From Planctomycetota bacterium (lineage in GTDB: Bacteria > Planctomycetota > SZUA-567 > H5-PLA8): DNA of 45,395 bases. The stretch covers positions 1 to 45,395 of the forward strand of contig JBBRPR010000063.1 of assembly GCA_038227875.1 (NCBI GenBank), given 5' to 3'. The notes beneath the pieces were generated by a model. The model saw only the letters and a list, made by a program, of their open reading frames with translations, did no database searches and had not been told where the DNA came from. The translations under genes were made by a program, and so were the position numbers. This document shows, piece after piece, positions 37,094 to 45,395 of this stretch (position 1 is its first letter; each line of letters starts with the position of its first letter).

Positions 37094-39976
37094 TCAGGCC
37101 ACGCTGCTGGCCAAATTGGGGGATTCCGGAAGCACGATCCGGAATGTCGTGCCGACGCCGGATTTACTTTCGGCATCGATACGGCCACCGTGAAGCAGCA
37201 CAATCTTGCGGCTGATGCTCAACCCCAGTCCGGTGCCCGCTTCACCTTTGGTGGAAAAGAACGGAACGAACAGGCGGCGTTGCTGATCGGGCGCGATTCC
37301 GCAGCCGTTGTCATGAATCGCCAACACGGTTTCCGTGCCCGTTCGCTCAATCGAAACCGTCACGCGCGGTTCGGGCACGTGTGCCGTGGCCTCCACCGCA
37401 TTGCGAACGACATTGAAAACCGCCTGCCGCAACCACTGACCATCGGCGACGCATTCGGCGCCGGCGTCATCCACCTTCCGCAGGATTTGAACCCGATGCG
37501 TCTGCGTACTTTCCGACAAATCCCGGCAGACACTCTCGCTGAGTTCGGCCAGGTTGAGCTTACGCAACCGCAATTCGATCGGACGGCTGAGGTCGCGCAA
37601 ATTGTTGAGCAACCGGTTCAGCGCCTCCATCCGGTTTGCGAGCACACCCACCGACTCATGGTAGGCAGGATCATCGATTTTAATCTGCGACAGTCTTTTG
37701 ATCTGGGAAAAGATGGGTTGAGCCAGATTGCGCAATTCGTGATTAATGGCGGAAATCGCTTCGCCAACGCGGGCGAGACCCTCGTCCTTTTTGGAGCGTG
37801 CTTCCAGCTCCGTGTATTCGGTGATGTCATGCAACACGACCAGGAAAATCGTCTCCGCCGCCGCGGACCGCACCGGATGAAGGCTCAGCAACGTATGGCT
37901 TACCGCTCCGTGCACCGTCACGTCGAGATTTTGATTGGCCGTTGCACGTCCGTTTGCAATGGCATCGCTCACCGCAGCCGTAAATTCATGGCAAGCCATG
38001 TCACTCAGTTTTTCAGGCGGCTGCGTTCCACAGCCGCACAACTTCAGCAGCGCCGAATTTGTAAGAAGCACTTTTCCCGAAGATCCCACCAGCAGGATGC
38101 CCGTGGCGAGCGCCTCAACTGTCTGCCGGTTCAAATTTCGCAGTTCTTCCAACTGCATCCGCTCAAATTTTGCGACGTTCAAGAGGTTGGACACGCGCGT
38201 TCGCAATTCAATCGTGCTGAACGGCTTGGTCAAGTAATCGTCGGCACCGGAAGTGAGCGCTTCGAACCGGGCGGCATCGTCGGCACGCGCCGTCAGCACA
38301 ATCACTTTTGTCGCGCGCAGTTCCGGATCCGACTTGATGCGCCGGCAAATCTCAATCCCACTGACACCGGGGAGCATCACGTCAAGGAGTACCAAATCGG
38401 GACGCGATTCCCGAATCGTTTCGACTGCGCGGAGACCGTGCGCAAGTTCCACCACCGCAACGTCGCGCGACAGGACAGAACCCAGAAAGCGGCGCATTCC
38501 GTCTTCGTCCTCGACAATCAACACCGTAGCGGAACTGGCCGCGTTGCCGTCGGCAGGCGCATCCACATGTTCTTCGGCAATCGTAAAGGCCTGATTGGCG
38601 CGACGATAAATGTCCAGCACAGGCTCAGGCACCTGGCTTGGAGAATTTTCCGCATTGTGCCGTGCCTCTGCGTATGGCATTTCAAGCGTGAATACGGAGC
38701 CCTTCCCCAATTCGCTTTGCACAAACAGCTTTCCGTTCTGCTCTTCCACCAGTTCGCGCGCGAGCGCCAGTCCTATCCCCAGCCCCTGTGCCGAACGGGT
38801 CGCGGATCCATCCACTTGCCGAAATCGCCGAAAGATAAAAGGCAGATCTTGAGCCGCAATACCGATGCCCGTGTCTTGAATGTCGATGACCACCGATTCC
38901 TCGCGTCGGAAACATCGAGTCCGGATTTGTCCGCCGCTCGGGGTGAACTTGATGGCGTTGATGAGCAGATTCATAATGGCTTTTTCAAGACAGCGCACAT
39001 CAGCCTTGATACTCAGTGGCACTTCCGGGCGCTCCACCGTCAGTTGCAGCCCCTTCTTTTCTGCCAGATGGCGGACGGCGGCGGCCATGCCTGCGAGAAA
39101 GTTCCCGGTCTCAACAGACTCCATGTGGACGGGGCTGCGCGAATGCTCAAGCCGGACGAGTTCAAGCAGATCGTTGACAAGCTTCAACAACCGAAGGGAA
39201 TTGTCGCGCACAATCAAGAGTCGGTCAGTCGCTTCCTTTGGATACGCACTGGGATCTTTCAGCAATTCATCCAAGGGTGCGATGATCAATGTAAGCGGCG
39301 TCCGGAATTCGTGGCTGATATTCGCGAAGAGTTCCGATTTCTGGCGGTCCAGTTCGGAGAGTTCTTTGACGTGAGTGCTGAGCTGATGCTGCAGGCAGAA
39401 TTCCTGGAATCGCTGACGCGAGCGGAAATAACTCGACGTAATCGCGATCGCATCGGTGAACAGCATGAAACTGATATTTCCCAGAAACAGATTCCAGGCG
39501 ACCGGTCCACCCGCCCCCAGCAGCGCAATCACAACGTAGCAGACCAATGTCAGTGAACAGACCAGAATCGATTCCGAAAACGTCCACGGAAGCAGCACGC
39601 CCACCGCCAGGATCACAAGATTCAGACCTGCGTAATACGGAGAAGCTGGATCCGCGGTAAGGTAGATCATGAAGCAGACCGCCAATTGCACGATCATGGC
39701 CCAGAGCACGCCGAAGATGTGAACGTGGCGTTTCATCAAGCCACTGTTGCGAACCAGGAGGATCAAGCCCATCATGAGTGCAGCGAAAATGCGGACCGCA
39801 AAGATCTGCCATTGCAGTTCCGGATAGACGAGATGATCCAGGCCGATGGCTGAGAGCTTTAACGCAATGGCCAGAACGCAGCAGATCTTTAGCGCCTTAA
39901 CGCGCAGATCGACATCCACTTTTTGATAGGCAGCCAATAGTTCAGGAGCTTTGAAATCGATTTCAGGTGACGTCAT
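37094..39976 (-). CDS. Membrane hybrid sensor kinase with two kinase modules (TM-HisKA-HATPase-REC-PAS-HisKA-HATPase)
   Basis: About six TMs. H-box 1 'ANISHEFRTPLT', N/G boxes 'NLLINAIKFT..DTGIGI..GLGIGL'. REC 'LIVEDE..DLVLLDVMLP..GADDYLTKPF'. H-box 2 'AINHELRN', 'NVVRNAVEA..DNGCGI..PFFSTK..GTGLGL'. Confidence 0.9.
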   Translation of the reverse strand: MTSPEIDFKAPELLAAYQKVDVDLRVKALKICCVLAIALKLSAIGLDHLVYPELQWQIFAVRIFAALMMGLILLVRNSGLMKRHVHIFGVLWAMIVQLAVCFMIYLTADPASPYYAGLNLVILAVGVLLPWTFSESILVCSLTLVCYVVIALLGAGGPVAWNLFLGNISFMLFTDAIAITSSYFRSRQRFQEFCLQHQLSTHVKELSELDRQKSELFANISHEFRTPLTLIIAPLDELLKDPSAYPKEATDRLLIVRDNSLRLLKLVNDLLELVRLEHSRSPVHMESVETGNFLAGMAAAVRHLAEKKGLQLTVERPEVPLSIKADVRCLEKAIMNLLINAIKFTPSGGQIRTRCFRREESVVIDIQDTGIGIAAQDLPFIFRRFRQVDGSATRSAQGLGIGLALARELVEEQNGKLFVQSELGKGSVFTLEMPYAEARHNAENSPSQVPEPVLDIYRRANQAFTIAEEHVDAPADGNAASSATVLIVEDEDGMRRFLGSVLSRDVAVVELAHGLRAVETIRESRPDLVLLDVMLPGVSGIEICRRIKSDPELRATKVIVLTARADDAARFEALTSGADDYLTKPFSTIELRTRVSNLLNVAKFERMQLEELRNLNRQTVEALATGILLVGSSGKVLLTNSALLKLCGCGTQPPEKLSDMACHEFTAAVSDAIANGRATANQNLDVTVHGAVSHTLLSLHPVRSAAAETIFLVVLHDITEYTELEARSKKDEGLARVGEAISAINHELRNLAQPIFSQIKRLSQIKIDDPAYHESVGVLANRMEALNRLLNNLRDLSRPIELRLRKLNLAELSESVCRDLSESTQTHRVQILRKVDDAGAECVADGQWLRQAVFNVVRNAVEATAHVPEPRVTVSIERTGTETVLAIHDNGCGIAPDQQRRLFVPFFSTKGEAGTGLGLSISRKIVLLHGGRIDAESKSGVGTTFRIVLPESPNLASSVA

Positions 39977-40103
39977 ATTCGTTCGAGGACTGGCGAAGTT
40001 CCCTCGGACCATTGATCTTCGCCAGTCGCGGAGTTCTCCTATTAATAGAAGCGCCTGCTTTCCAATATGTCACAGCCGTGTCGAATCTAATCTCTTCTAT
40101 AGA

Positions 40104-41180
40104 CTACGCCGAAACGTTCGCATGTTCCACTACCGGCGAGAGCGTGACCCGCACGGCTCCGTTGGTTGTGCGCAAACTGGACTGCGGCGTACCGCTGCCC
40201 ACTTCCAAATCGGCAGAATTGCGAGTGCGGGAGACGACGCGCAGGCCGGCGACTTCGTTGAATTCTGCCGGGCCGTTGACTGTGCGCAAACGCAGCGCGC
40301 CACGGAAGGCTCGCCCGATTTCTGCAGTGATCGAGCCGTTGGTGGTGGTCAGGAGCAGCGGACCTTTGCCTTCGGAAGTCTGCGCGACGTCGACACTGCC
40401 GTTGGTCGTTTCGGCTTCCACGCTGCCGAAGCAACGTTCGACACTGATGCGTCCATTGGAACCGTGCGCGATCACGTTGCCGATTACGTCGACAAGCCGA
40501 ATCTTGCCATTGGTGGTGTCGGCGCGGACGCTGCCGTCATGCGCGCGCACGTCGACGGCGCCATTGCGCGTCCGCAACAGCGCAGAGCCGCCCATGGCTT
40601 CAAGATTGATGGCACCGTTGCTGGTCTCCAGGTCCACGCCGATGGCATCGGGAATTTCAATGGCGAACGAACAGCCTTCCATGCCGCGCGGACCGCCGTC
40701 TGGCCAATCGGCGCGGATATCCAGCGTACCATCTGCTTCGCGCGTGGTACGAAGTTTAACGGCTGCGAGGCGTTCCAACGTTACCGCGCGCACGTCGGCG
40801 CGAATCGAGACCTGCGTTCCGGTGACCTTCGAGACATGAATAAAACCATTTCCCGTTCGAACGCGCAGCGGCATGCCAGGCTGGTGATCGGTTGACTCGG
40901 AGCGTGATTGCGTCTGCGTAGCAACGCCGACACTGTTGAGGCCGGTCTTGATCAGTCGTGCAATGAACCCCGTCAAGCCACCCTCCAAAGATGCGTCAAC
41001 GTGCGGAGGCGTTGAGCCAGGCGGGACTGGCGGAACCGGATCGACCGCGCTATCCGCGGAGGAGTTCGCTACTTTCTTTCCGTCGAGTTCGTCGAGTTTT
41101 TCCATCAAACGTTCTGCGTCCGCGGCCGAAATTTTTCCGTCAGCCAGCATCTGCAAAATCTTGCGACGTTCGTCGAGCAT
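40104..41180 (-). CDS. DUF4097 beta-strand-repeat protein with N-terminal SHOCT-like domain (YvlB-like)
   Basis: 'ERRKILQMLADGKISAADAERLME' and repeated 'xTxNGxI/V' units. GGAGG RBS. Confidence 0.85.
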   Translation of the reverse strand: MLDERRKILQMLADGKISAADAERLMEKLDELDGKKVANSSADSAVDPVPPVPPGSTPPHVDASLEGGLTGFIARLIKTGLNSVGVATQTQSRSESTDHQPGMPLRVRTGNGFIHVSKVTGTQVSIRADVRAVTLERLAAVKLRTTREADGTLDIRADWPDGGPRGMEGCSFAIEIPDAIGVDLETSNGAINLEAMGGSALLRTRNGAVDVRAHDGSVRADTTNGKIRLVDVIGNVIAHGSNGRISVERCFGSVEAETTNGSVDVAQTSEGKGPLLLTTTNGSITAEIGRAFRGALRLRTVNGPAEFNEVAGLRVVSRTRNSADLEVGSGTPQSSLRTTNGAVRVTLSPVVEHANVSA

Positions 41181-41214
41181 GATTTCCTCCAGAATAAGAA
41201 TGCGAGTTCGACGA

Positions 41215-41562
41215 TCAGCCCAGTTGCTTCAGCGCTTCGTCGACGCTGAGCTCACCGCGAGCGAGGCGATCGAGGATCGCGCTGCGGTCGTCGGGAGCTT
41301 TGAAAGTCGCGTCGAGTTTTTTGGCGATAGCGTTGAGCCGCCCCTTCACAGTGGGGTAGCTGATCGAAAACAATTCTTCCATTTTCTTGATGTTGCCGTG
41401 CACACGGACAAAGGCGATGACAAACTTCTGTTCATCCGAGTTGAGCCGCGCCAGCGCAGGCAGTTCGAGCTTCCCTTCCAGTGCCAGATCGCAGGCCGAG
41501 CACTTGAACCGGACGACATCCATCGCTTGGCCACATTTCACACAGTTGAGCATGGAATCCAT
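41215..41562 (-). CDS. DUF2089 family protein (Zn-ribbon + HTH)
   Basis: 'CVKCGQAM..RFKCSAC', 'FVRVHGNIKKMEELFSISYPTVKGRLNAI', 'ILDRLARGELSVDEAL'. Start 41562 or 41553. Confidence 0.88.
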   Translation of the reverse strand: MDSMLNCVKCGQAMDVVRFKCSACDLALEGKLELPALARLNSDEQKFVIAFVRVHGNIKKMEELFSISYPTVKGRLNAIAKKLDATFKAPDDRSAILDRLARGELSVDEALKQLG

Positions 41563-41584
41563 GTGAGAAGAATACGCCGCGATA

Positions 41585-41663
41585 TTCATTAAATCAATAT
41601 TGAACTTAATTAAATCAATTATTTATAAAATAAACTCATAATTAAATACCTAATATATACCTA
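41585..41663 (-). promoter_or_regulatory. Extremely AT-rich promoter/operator region of the DUF2089-DUF4097 operon
   Basis: ATTAAATCAAT direct repeat at 41588 and 41609 (21-bp period) overlapping the palindrome TCAATATTGA (41594-41603), in an otherwise GC-rich window. Confidence 0.6.
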
Positions 41664-42209
41664 TTAATTTCCTCGATGGAGCGCAATGATCCAGCCCACA
41701 GCTTCTGTCAACGAGGCGGCTCGAAAATCATGCTGCGTGGGTGCTTTCTCCTGGTATCCGCGATCGATCCAGACCGTTCTGCAACCCGCGTTCTGGCCGG
41801 CTTCAATATCGCGCCAGCGGTCTCCAACCATGAAACTCTCGCTTAAGACCACGCCATACTTGCGTGCCGCTTCGAGCAGGAATCCAGGCTTGGGTTTGCG
41901 ACAGGAACATTGGTCTTCGTCGCGATGGAAACAGACAAAAATCTCATCGATGCGGAGCGCCGCCGAGAGCGTTTGATTGATTTCCTCAACGTCCTTTTTG
42001 GAATGGGTCCCGCGCGAGACGTTAGGCTGGTTGGTTACCACAAACAGCAGGTAGCCCAATGCGCGAAGTTTCTCGAGCAATGCAGCTGCCTCGGGGTAGA
42101 TCTCAAATTCGCTTAACGAGGCAGGAGCGTGCGGCTTGCCGTCCACCACGAGACTCTTGTTCAACACGCCATCCCGATCGAAAAATACCGCTCGTTTGAC
42201 GCCACTCAT
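41664..42209 (-). CDS. gmhB: HAD-IIIA D-glycero-D-manno-heptose-1,7-bisphosphate phosphatase
   Basis: 'FFDRDGVLN', 'VVTNQP', 'CFH..CSCRKPKPG', 'MVGDRWRDIEAG'. ATGA overlap with gmhA. Confidence 0.85.
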   Translation of the reverse strand: MSGVKRAVFFDRDGVLNKSLVVDGKPHAPASLSEFEIYPEAAALLEKLRALGYLLFVVTNQPNVSRGTHSKKDVEEINQTLSAALRIDEIFVCFHRDEDQCSCRKPKPGFLLEAARKYGVVLSESFMVGDRWRDIEAGQNAGCRTVWIDRGYQEKAPTQHDFRAASLTEAVGWIIALHRGN

Positions 42210-42802
42210 TTGACGGACTCCCATTTTGTCGCCGCAGCCTTCAGCGCGGGATGCGAGACGAGCAGGTGCCAGACCACCGCCTGAAATGCTTCACTATGAG
42301 GTGTGACGTGATCCGCATTCACCGTGGGAATAATCACACACGCGTCGGCAACCGTGGCCGTGAACCCACCGTCCCGCCCCACAATTCCGGCGATGCTCGC
42401 GCCTGCTGCTTTTGCATACTTGAGCGCTGCGACCAGATTCGGGCTGACATTCTTCTCCACGTTTCCGCCACCGACAGACAGCACCAGAATCGTGTCGCCA
42501 CGCCGCAAGTGGCTCACTTTCAGCCAGGCCTCAAACACCGTACTCCAGCCTTCATCATTGGTACGTGCGGTCAGTTCGGAGACATTGTCAGTCGGCGCAT
42601 ACGTTTCAATGCCGACGATCTTTCGAAAGTCGTTCACCGCATGAGAGGCGTTTCCCGCGCTGCCGCCGACGCCGAGGATGAATAGCCGGCCTTGCCGTGT
42701 TCGCGTTTCGACAAGCAGGTTGGCCAACTTTTCAATGGCCGCCTTATCCAGCGTATCGGCGATGAGTTTGATTTCGTTCAGGAACTGAGTTGAAAAGTCC
42801 AT
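42206..42802 (-). CDS. gmhA: SIS-domain phosphoheptose isomerase-like protein
   Basis: 'GVGGSAGNASHAVNDF', 'ELTARTNDEG', 'SPNLVAAL', 'GRDGG', 'HSEAFQ'. Confidence 0.8.
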   Translation of the reverse strand: MDFSTQFLNEIKLIADTLDKAAIEKLANLLVETRTRQGRLFILGVGGSAGNASHAVNDFRKIVGIETYAPTDNVSELTARTNDEGWSTVFEAWLKVSHLRRGDTILVLSVGGGNVEKNVSPNLVAALKYAKAAGASIAGIVGRDGGFTATVADACVIIPTVNADHVTPHSEAFQAVVWHLLVSHPALKAAATKWESVK

Positions 42803-42997
42803 GTCCAATCCTCTGTGAACCTAAGTGGCCTTCCACGCATCAACACCAGAAGCAGAATGTGACTCCAAGCTGGAGCGAGTAATCGTACTCTGATCGCCGA
42901 TGGATGTTGCATACCTTATCCTCTGCCATTCGATTGGGCAATGCCGGCATAAGTCCTGTATATTCAGCCGATCATCCAATGCCCCGCGGAGAAGTGT

Positions 42998-45193
42998 TTG
43001 AACAACCTCGATACGATTGATCCGGAGTTTCCTGGACTCGTCGAAGACTTGACGATGCTAGTGGAAGCCTCGAGCGTTCTTGCCGGCGCATTAAATTTCG
43101 AAACGGTCCTTCCGCGCACCTTGGAACTCTGCCGCCTGCTGATCAAGGCCGATGCATATGCGGTGTGGCTGTATTGCCAACAGACTTGTAAATGGTCGGT
43201 TGTCTGCGCGTCGGGCCTTTCCGAGGAATATCAACGGTTGACGTATGAATCCATGGACAATTCAGTCTCTCTAATGAATGGCCCTTTAATCATCGAAGAC
43301 GCGGAAAGCTGCGCCCTCCTCAAAAGCAACCGCGATTTGCAACGCAAAGAGAGCATTCGCTCGCTGCTGGTCATTCCCCTCAAGATCGCAGGAGATAACG
43401 CGGGTACGGTCGTGTTCTATTACAAGAAGCCGCACACGTTCTCCGGGGCGGAGGTGCGAATCGGCGTCGGCATCGGAAACCTGGTCGGCGCGTCGATGAC
43501 CAGCATCCGCATGTATGAAAATGAGCGCGCGCTTCGAAGGGAGTCGGAAAAGGCACGGCAGCGGGTAACGTTTCTGGCGGAACTTAGCACTCTGCTTTCG
43601 CAGTCGCTGGACCTCCGAAAAACGCTCGACAAGGTGGTTCGGCTGGCGGTGTTGAACCTTCCACAGGGATGCTCGATCTATTTTCGCAGTCAAACCGGAA
43701 ATTTCGATCAAGTGGCAATGGCGCATGAAGACGCAAATAAGGAACGCCTGCAAGAATCGTTTCTGCGAAAATATCAACCCGCGAGCAATCCGGATAGCAC
43801 GATCAAGCGAGTATTCGAATCACAAAAGGCCGTCCTCATCAGCGAAATAAAGCCGAGGAATATGGAAGTACCAGGCGCGGATCCCGCAATGATTGAAATG
43901 CTGCGCCAACTCGATCCCCGCTCTGTCATGTTTGTACCGCTGATCGCCCGTGGACACAGTGTCGGTGTGATCTCCTTTGCCACCTCGGATCCGAAACGTC
44001 CGTACTCCGAGGACGATTTAATCTTTGCTCAGGAAATCGCACGTCACGCTGCCTCGATGGTGGACAATGCCCGCCTTTATTCCGAGGTTTTGGAAGCGGA
44101 CGCACGCAAGGACCAGTTCATGGCAATGCTTGGACATGAACTTCGCAATCCGCTGGCGCCTGTTCTGGCTGGCGTGGACGTTTTGAGCAACCAGCGCTCC
44201 AGCGAGTCGGAGCGGATGGAAACCGTGCAAATCATCCGGCGCCAGGTTCAGCACATGTCGCGGATCGTGGACGACCTGCTGGACGTCTCGCGGATTTCCA
44301 CGGGCCGCATGGAATTTAAAAAAGCAGCAGTGGATCTTATCACCGTCGTCGAGAGATGCGCCGCCGACCACATGCGCTTGTTCGAACAACGGAAAATCCG
44401 ATTCGAGCAGCATCTTCCATACGAGGCAATGTGGGTGGACGTCGATGCAATCCGGATTGCGCAAGCCATCGGCAACCTGCTTAACAATGCCCTGAAATTT
44501 ACTCCTGCTGGCGGCAATGTTCACTTGCGGCTCAATCGCATTTCCGATTCCGAAGCGGCCGTTTCGGTCACGGACACGGGCCCCGGAATCGATGTTCGAT
44601 TACTACCGCGGTTATTCGAATCGTTTTCGCAAGCCGAGAGCGGGGTTGACCGCGGCAAAGGCGGGTTGGGGCTGGGATTGGCGCTGGTCAAAGGGCTGGT
44701 GGAAGGACATGGCGGCCGCGTTTCGGTGAGCAGCCCCCTTGAGCACGAAACTGGTTCCAAATTTGTTATTGTGCTTCCATTGGCTCCTCCGGGATTGTTA
44801 ATTGGAACGCCGGAAGGGGCAGCCGAGAAGGTTCCGCCCCAGCGCATTCTTCTCATAGAGGACAACGTCGATCTCGCACGGACCATGAGCGCATTGCTGA
44901 AATTGGGCGGTCATACTGTTGCCATAGCCCATTCAGGTTCCGAGGGTGTCGCTCAGGCTGCCGCACTAAATCCCAATACAGTACTGTGCGATATCGGCTT
45001 ACCGGGCGCGATGGACGGGCTCGATGTGGCTCGCCACCTGAGGCGAAGCCATCCCACAATCAAACTTGTCGCATTGACCGGCTATGGCGGCAATGAGGTA
45101 TTGAAATTATCCGTTGAGGCCGGATTCGATTTTCATCTGACAAAGCCGGTGGATCTCAAAACTCTAAATTCAATCCTGCTGAAAACCCGCTGA
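42998..45193 (+). CDS. Cytoplasmic hybrid sensor histidine kinase (GAF-GAF-HisKA-HATPase-REC)
   Basis: Two GAF segments ('SLLVIPL', 'SVMFVPLIARG..VDNARLY'), H-box 'MLGHELRNPLAP', 'NLLNNALKFT', 'GGLGLGL', REC 'LIEDN..CDIGLPG..GFDFHLTKP'. Confidence 0.92.
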   Translation: MNNLDTIDPEFPGLVEDLTMLVEASSVLAGALNFETVLPRTLELCRLLIKADAYAVWLYCQQTCKWSVVCASGLSEEYQRLTYESMDNSVSLMNGPLIIEDAESCALLKSNRDLQRKESIRSLLVIPLKIAGDNAGTVVFYYKKPHTFSGAEVRIGVGIGNLVGASMTSIRMYENERALRRESEKARQRVTFLAELSTLLSQSLDLRKTLDKVVRLAVLNLPQGCSIYFRSQTGNFDQVAMAHEDANKERLQESFLRKYQPASNPDSTIKRVFESQKAVLISEIKPRNMEVPGADPAMIEMLRQLDPRSVMFVPLIARGHSVGVISFATSDPKRPYSEDDLIFAQEIARHAASMVDNARLYSEVLEADARKDQFMAMLGHELRNPLAPVLAGVDVLSNQRSSESERMETVQIIRRQVQHMSRIVDDLLDVSRISTGRMEFKKAAVDLITVVERCAADHMRLFEQRKIRFEQHLPYEAMWVDVDAIRIAQAIGNLLNNALKFTPAGGNVHLRLNRISDSEAAVSVTDTGPGIDVRLLPRLFESFSQAESGVDRGKGGLGLGLALVKGLVEGHGGRVSVSSPLEHETGSKFVIVLPLAPPGLLIGTPEGAAEKVPPQRILLIEDNVDLARTMSALLKLGGHTVAIAHSGSEGVAQAAALNPNTVLCDIGLPGAMDGLDVARHLRRSHPTIKLVALTGYGGNEVLKLSVEAGFDFHLTKPVDLKTLNSILLKTR

Positions 45194-45395
45194 AACGGAG
45201 CGAGCAATCCCGTGAATTCAGCTCCAGTAGTGGGATTTGGACGATTCAATCCTGATCGACCGCAATCTTCACAGCCGCGCTGTAAACGGCGGTCGAAAAC
45301 CGGAGCGGAGGGCGGAGGGCCGATCGGCGGTCCAAAAACGTAGCACCCTTTAAACGAGACCTTGTGCAGACTGTGGAAGTGGCGGCCGACAGGCC

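Noticed and set aside
37190..39556. 788-aa plus-strand ORF
   Set aside because: Antisense shadow of the double-kinase gene.
42943..42960. Sigma54-like CGGCATAAGTCCTGTA upstream of the GAF kinase
   Set aside because: The -12 element is GT rather than GC, too weak to call.

Overview
High-GC bacterial chromosomal window. The gene content (giant DUF4175-like protein, prenyltransferase-repeat protein, membrane-anchored ECF sigma factor, REP-like palindromes) suggests Planctomycetota/PVC, which is an inference. It holds about 28 genes. From left to right: a soluble 3xPAS chemoreceptor whose C-terminus appears cut by an IS (probably IS256 family) at the left edge; a ~2.2 kaa DUF4175-like protein with a PA14 domain split by a Golvesin/Xly-CBM-like module, coupled to a prenyltransferase/squalene-oxidase-repeat protein; an ECF sigma factor; a YhcH/NanQ-family gene; a xylFGH-like ABC transporter; DinB-like and OmpA/MotB genes; larE; a 3-hydroxyacyl-CoA dehydrogenase; tatC followed by an 897-aa HEAT-repeat protein; a secreted ARPP-1/DUF6569-like protein; a heparinase II/III-like gene broken by a single in-frame TAG, plus a neighbour sharing a novel-looking C-terminal domain; an alkaline-phosphatase-family protein; rnz; a heme-c MCP; a double-kinase hybrid sensor; DUF4097/DUF2089; gmhB/gmhA; and a GAF-GAF hybrid kinase. 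The intergenic regions are rich in structure: hairpin elements built from 7-8-mer tandem repeats, a REP cluster, a duplicated 65-bp AT-rich element, phased GTAACAT repeats and two sigma54 promoters. No rRNA, tRNA or CRISPR array was seen. All family assignments come from motif recognition by eye, not from database searches.
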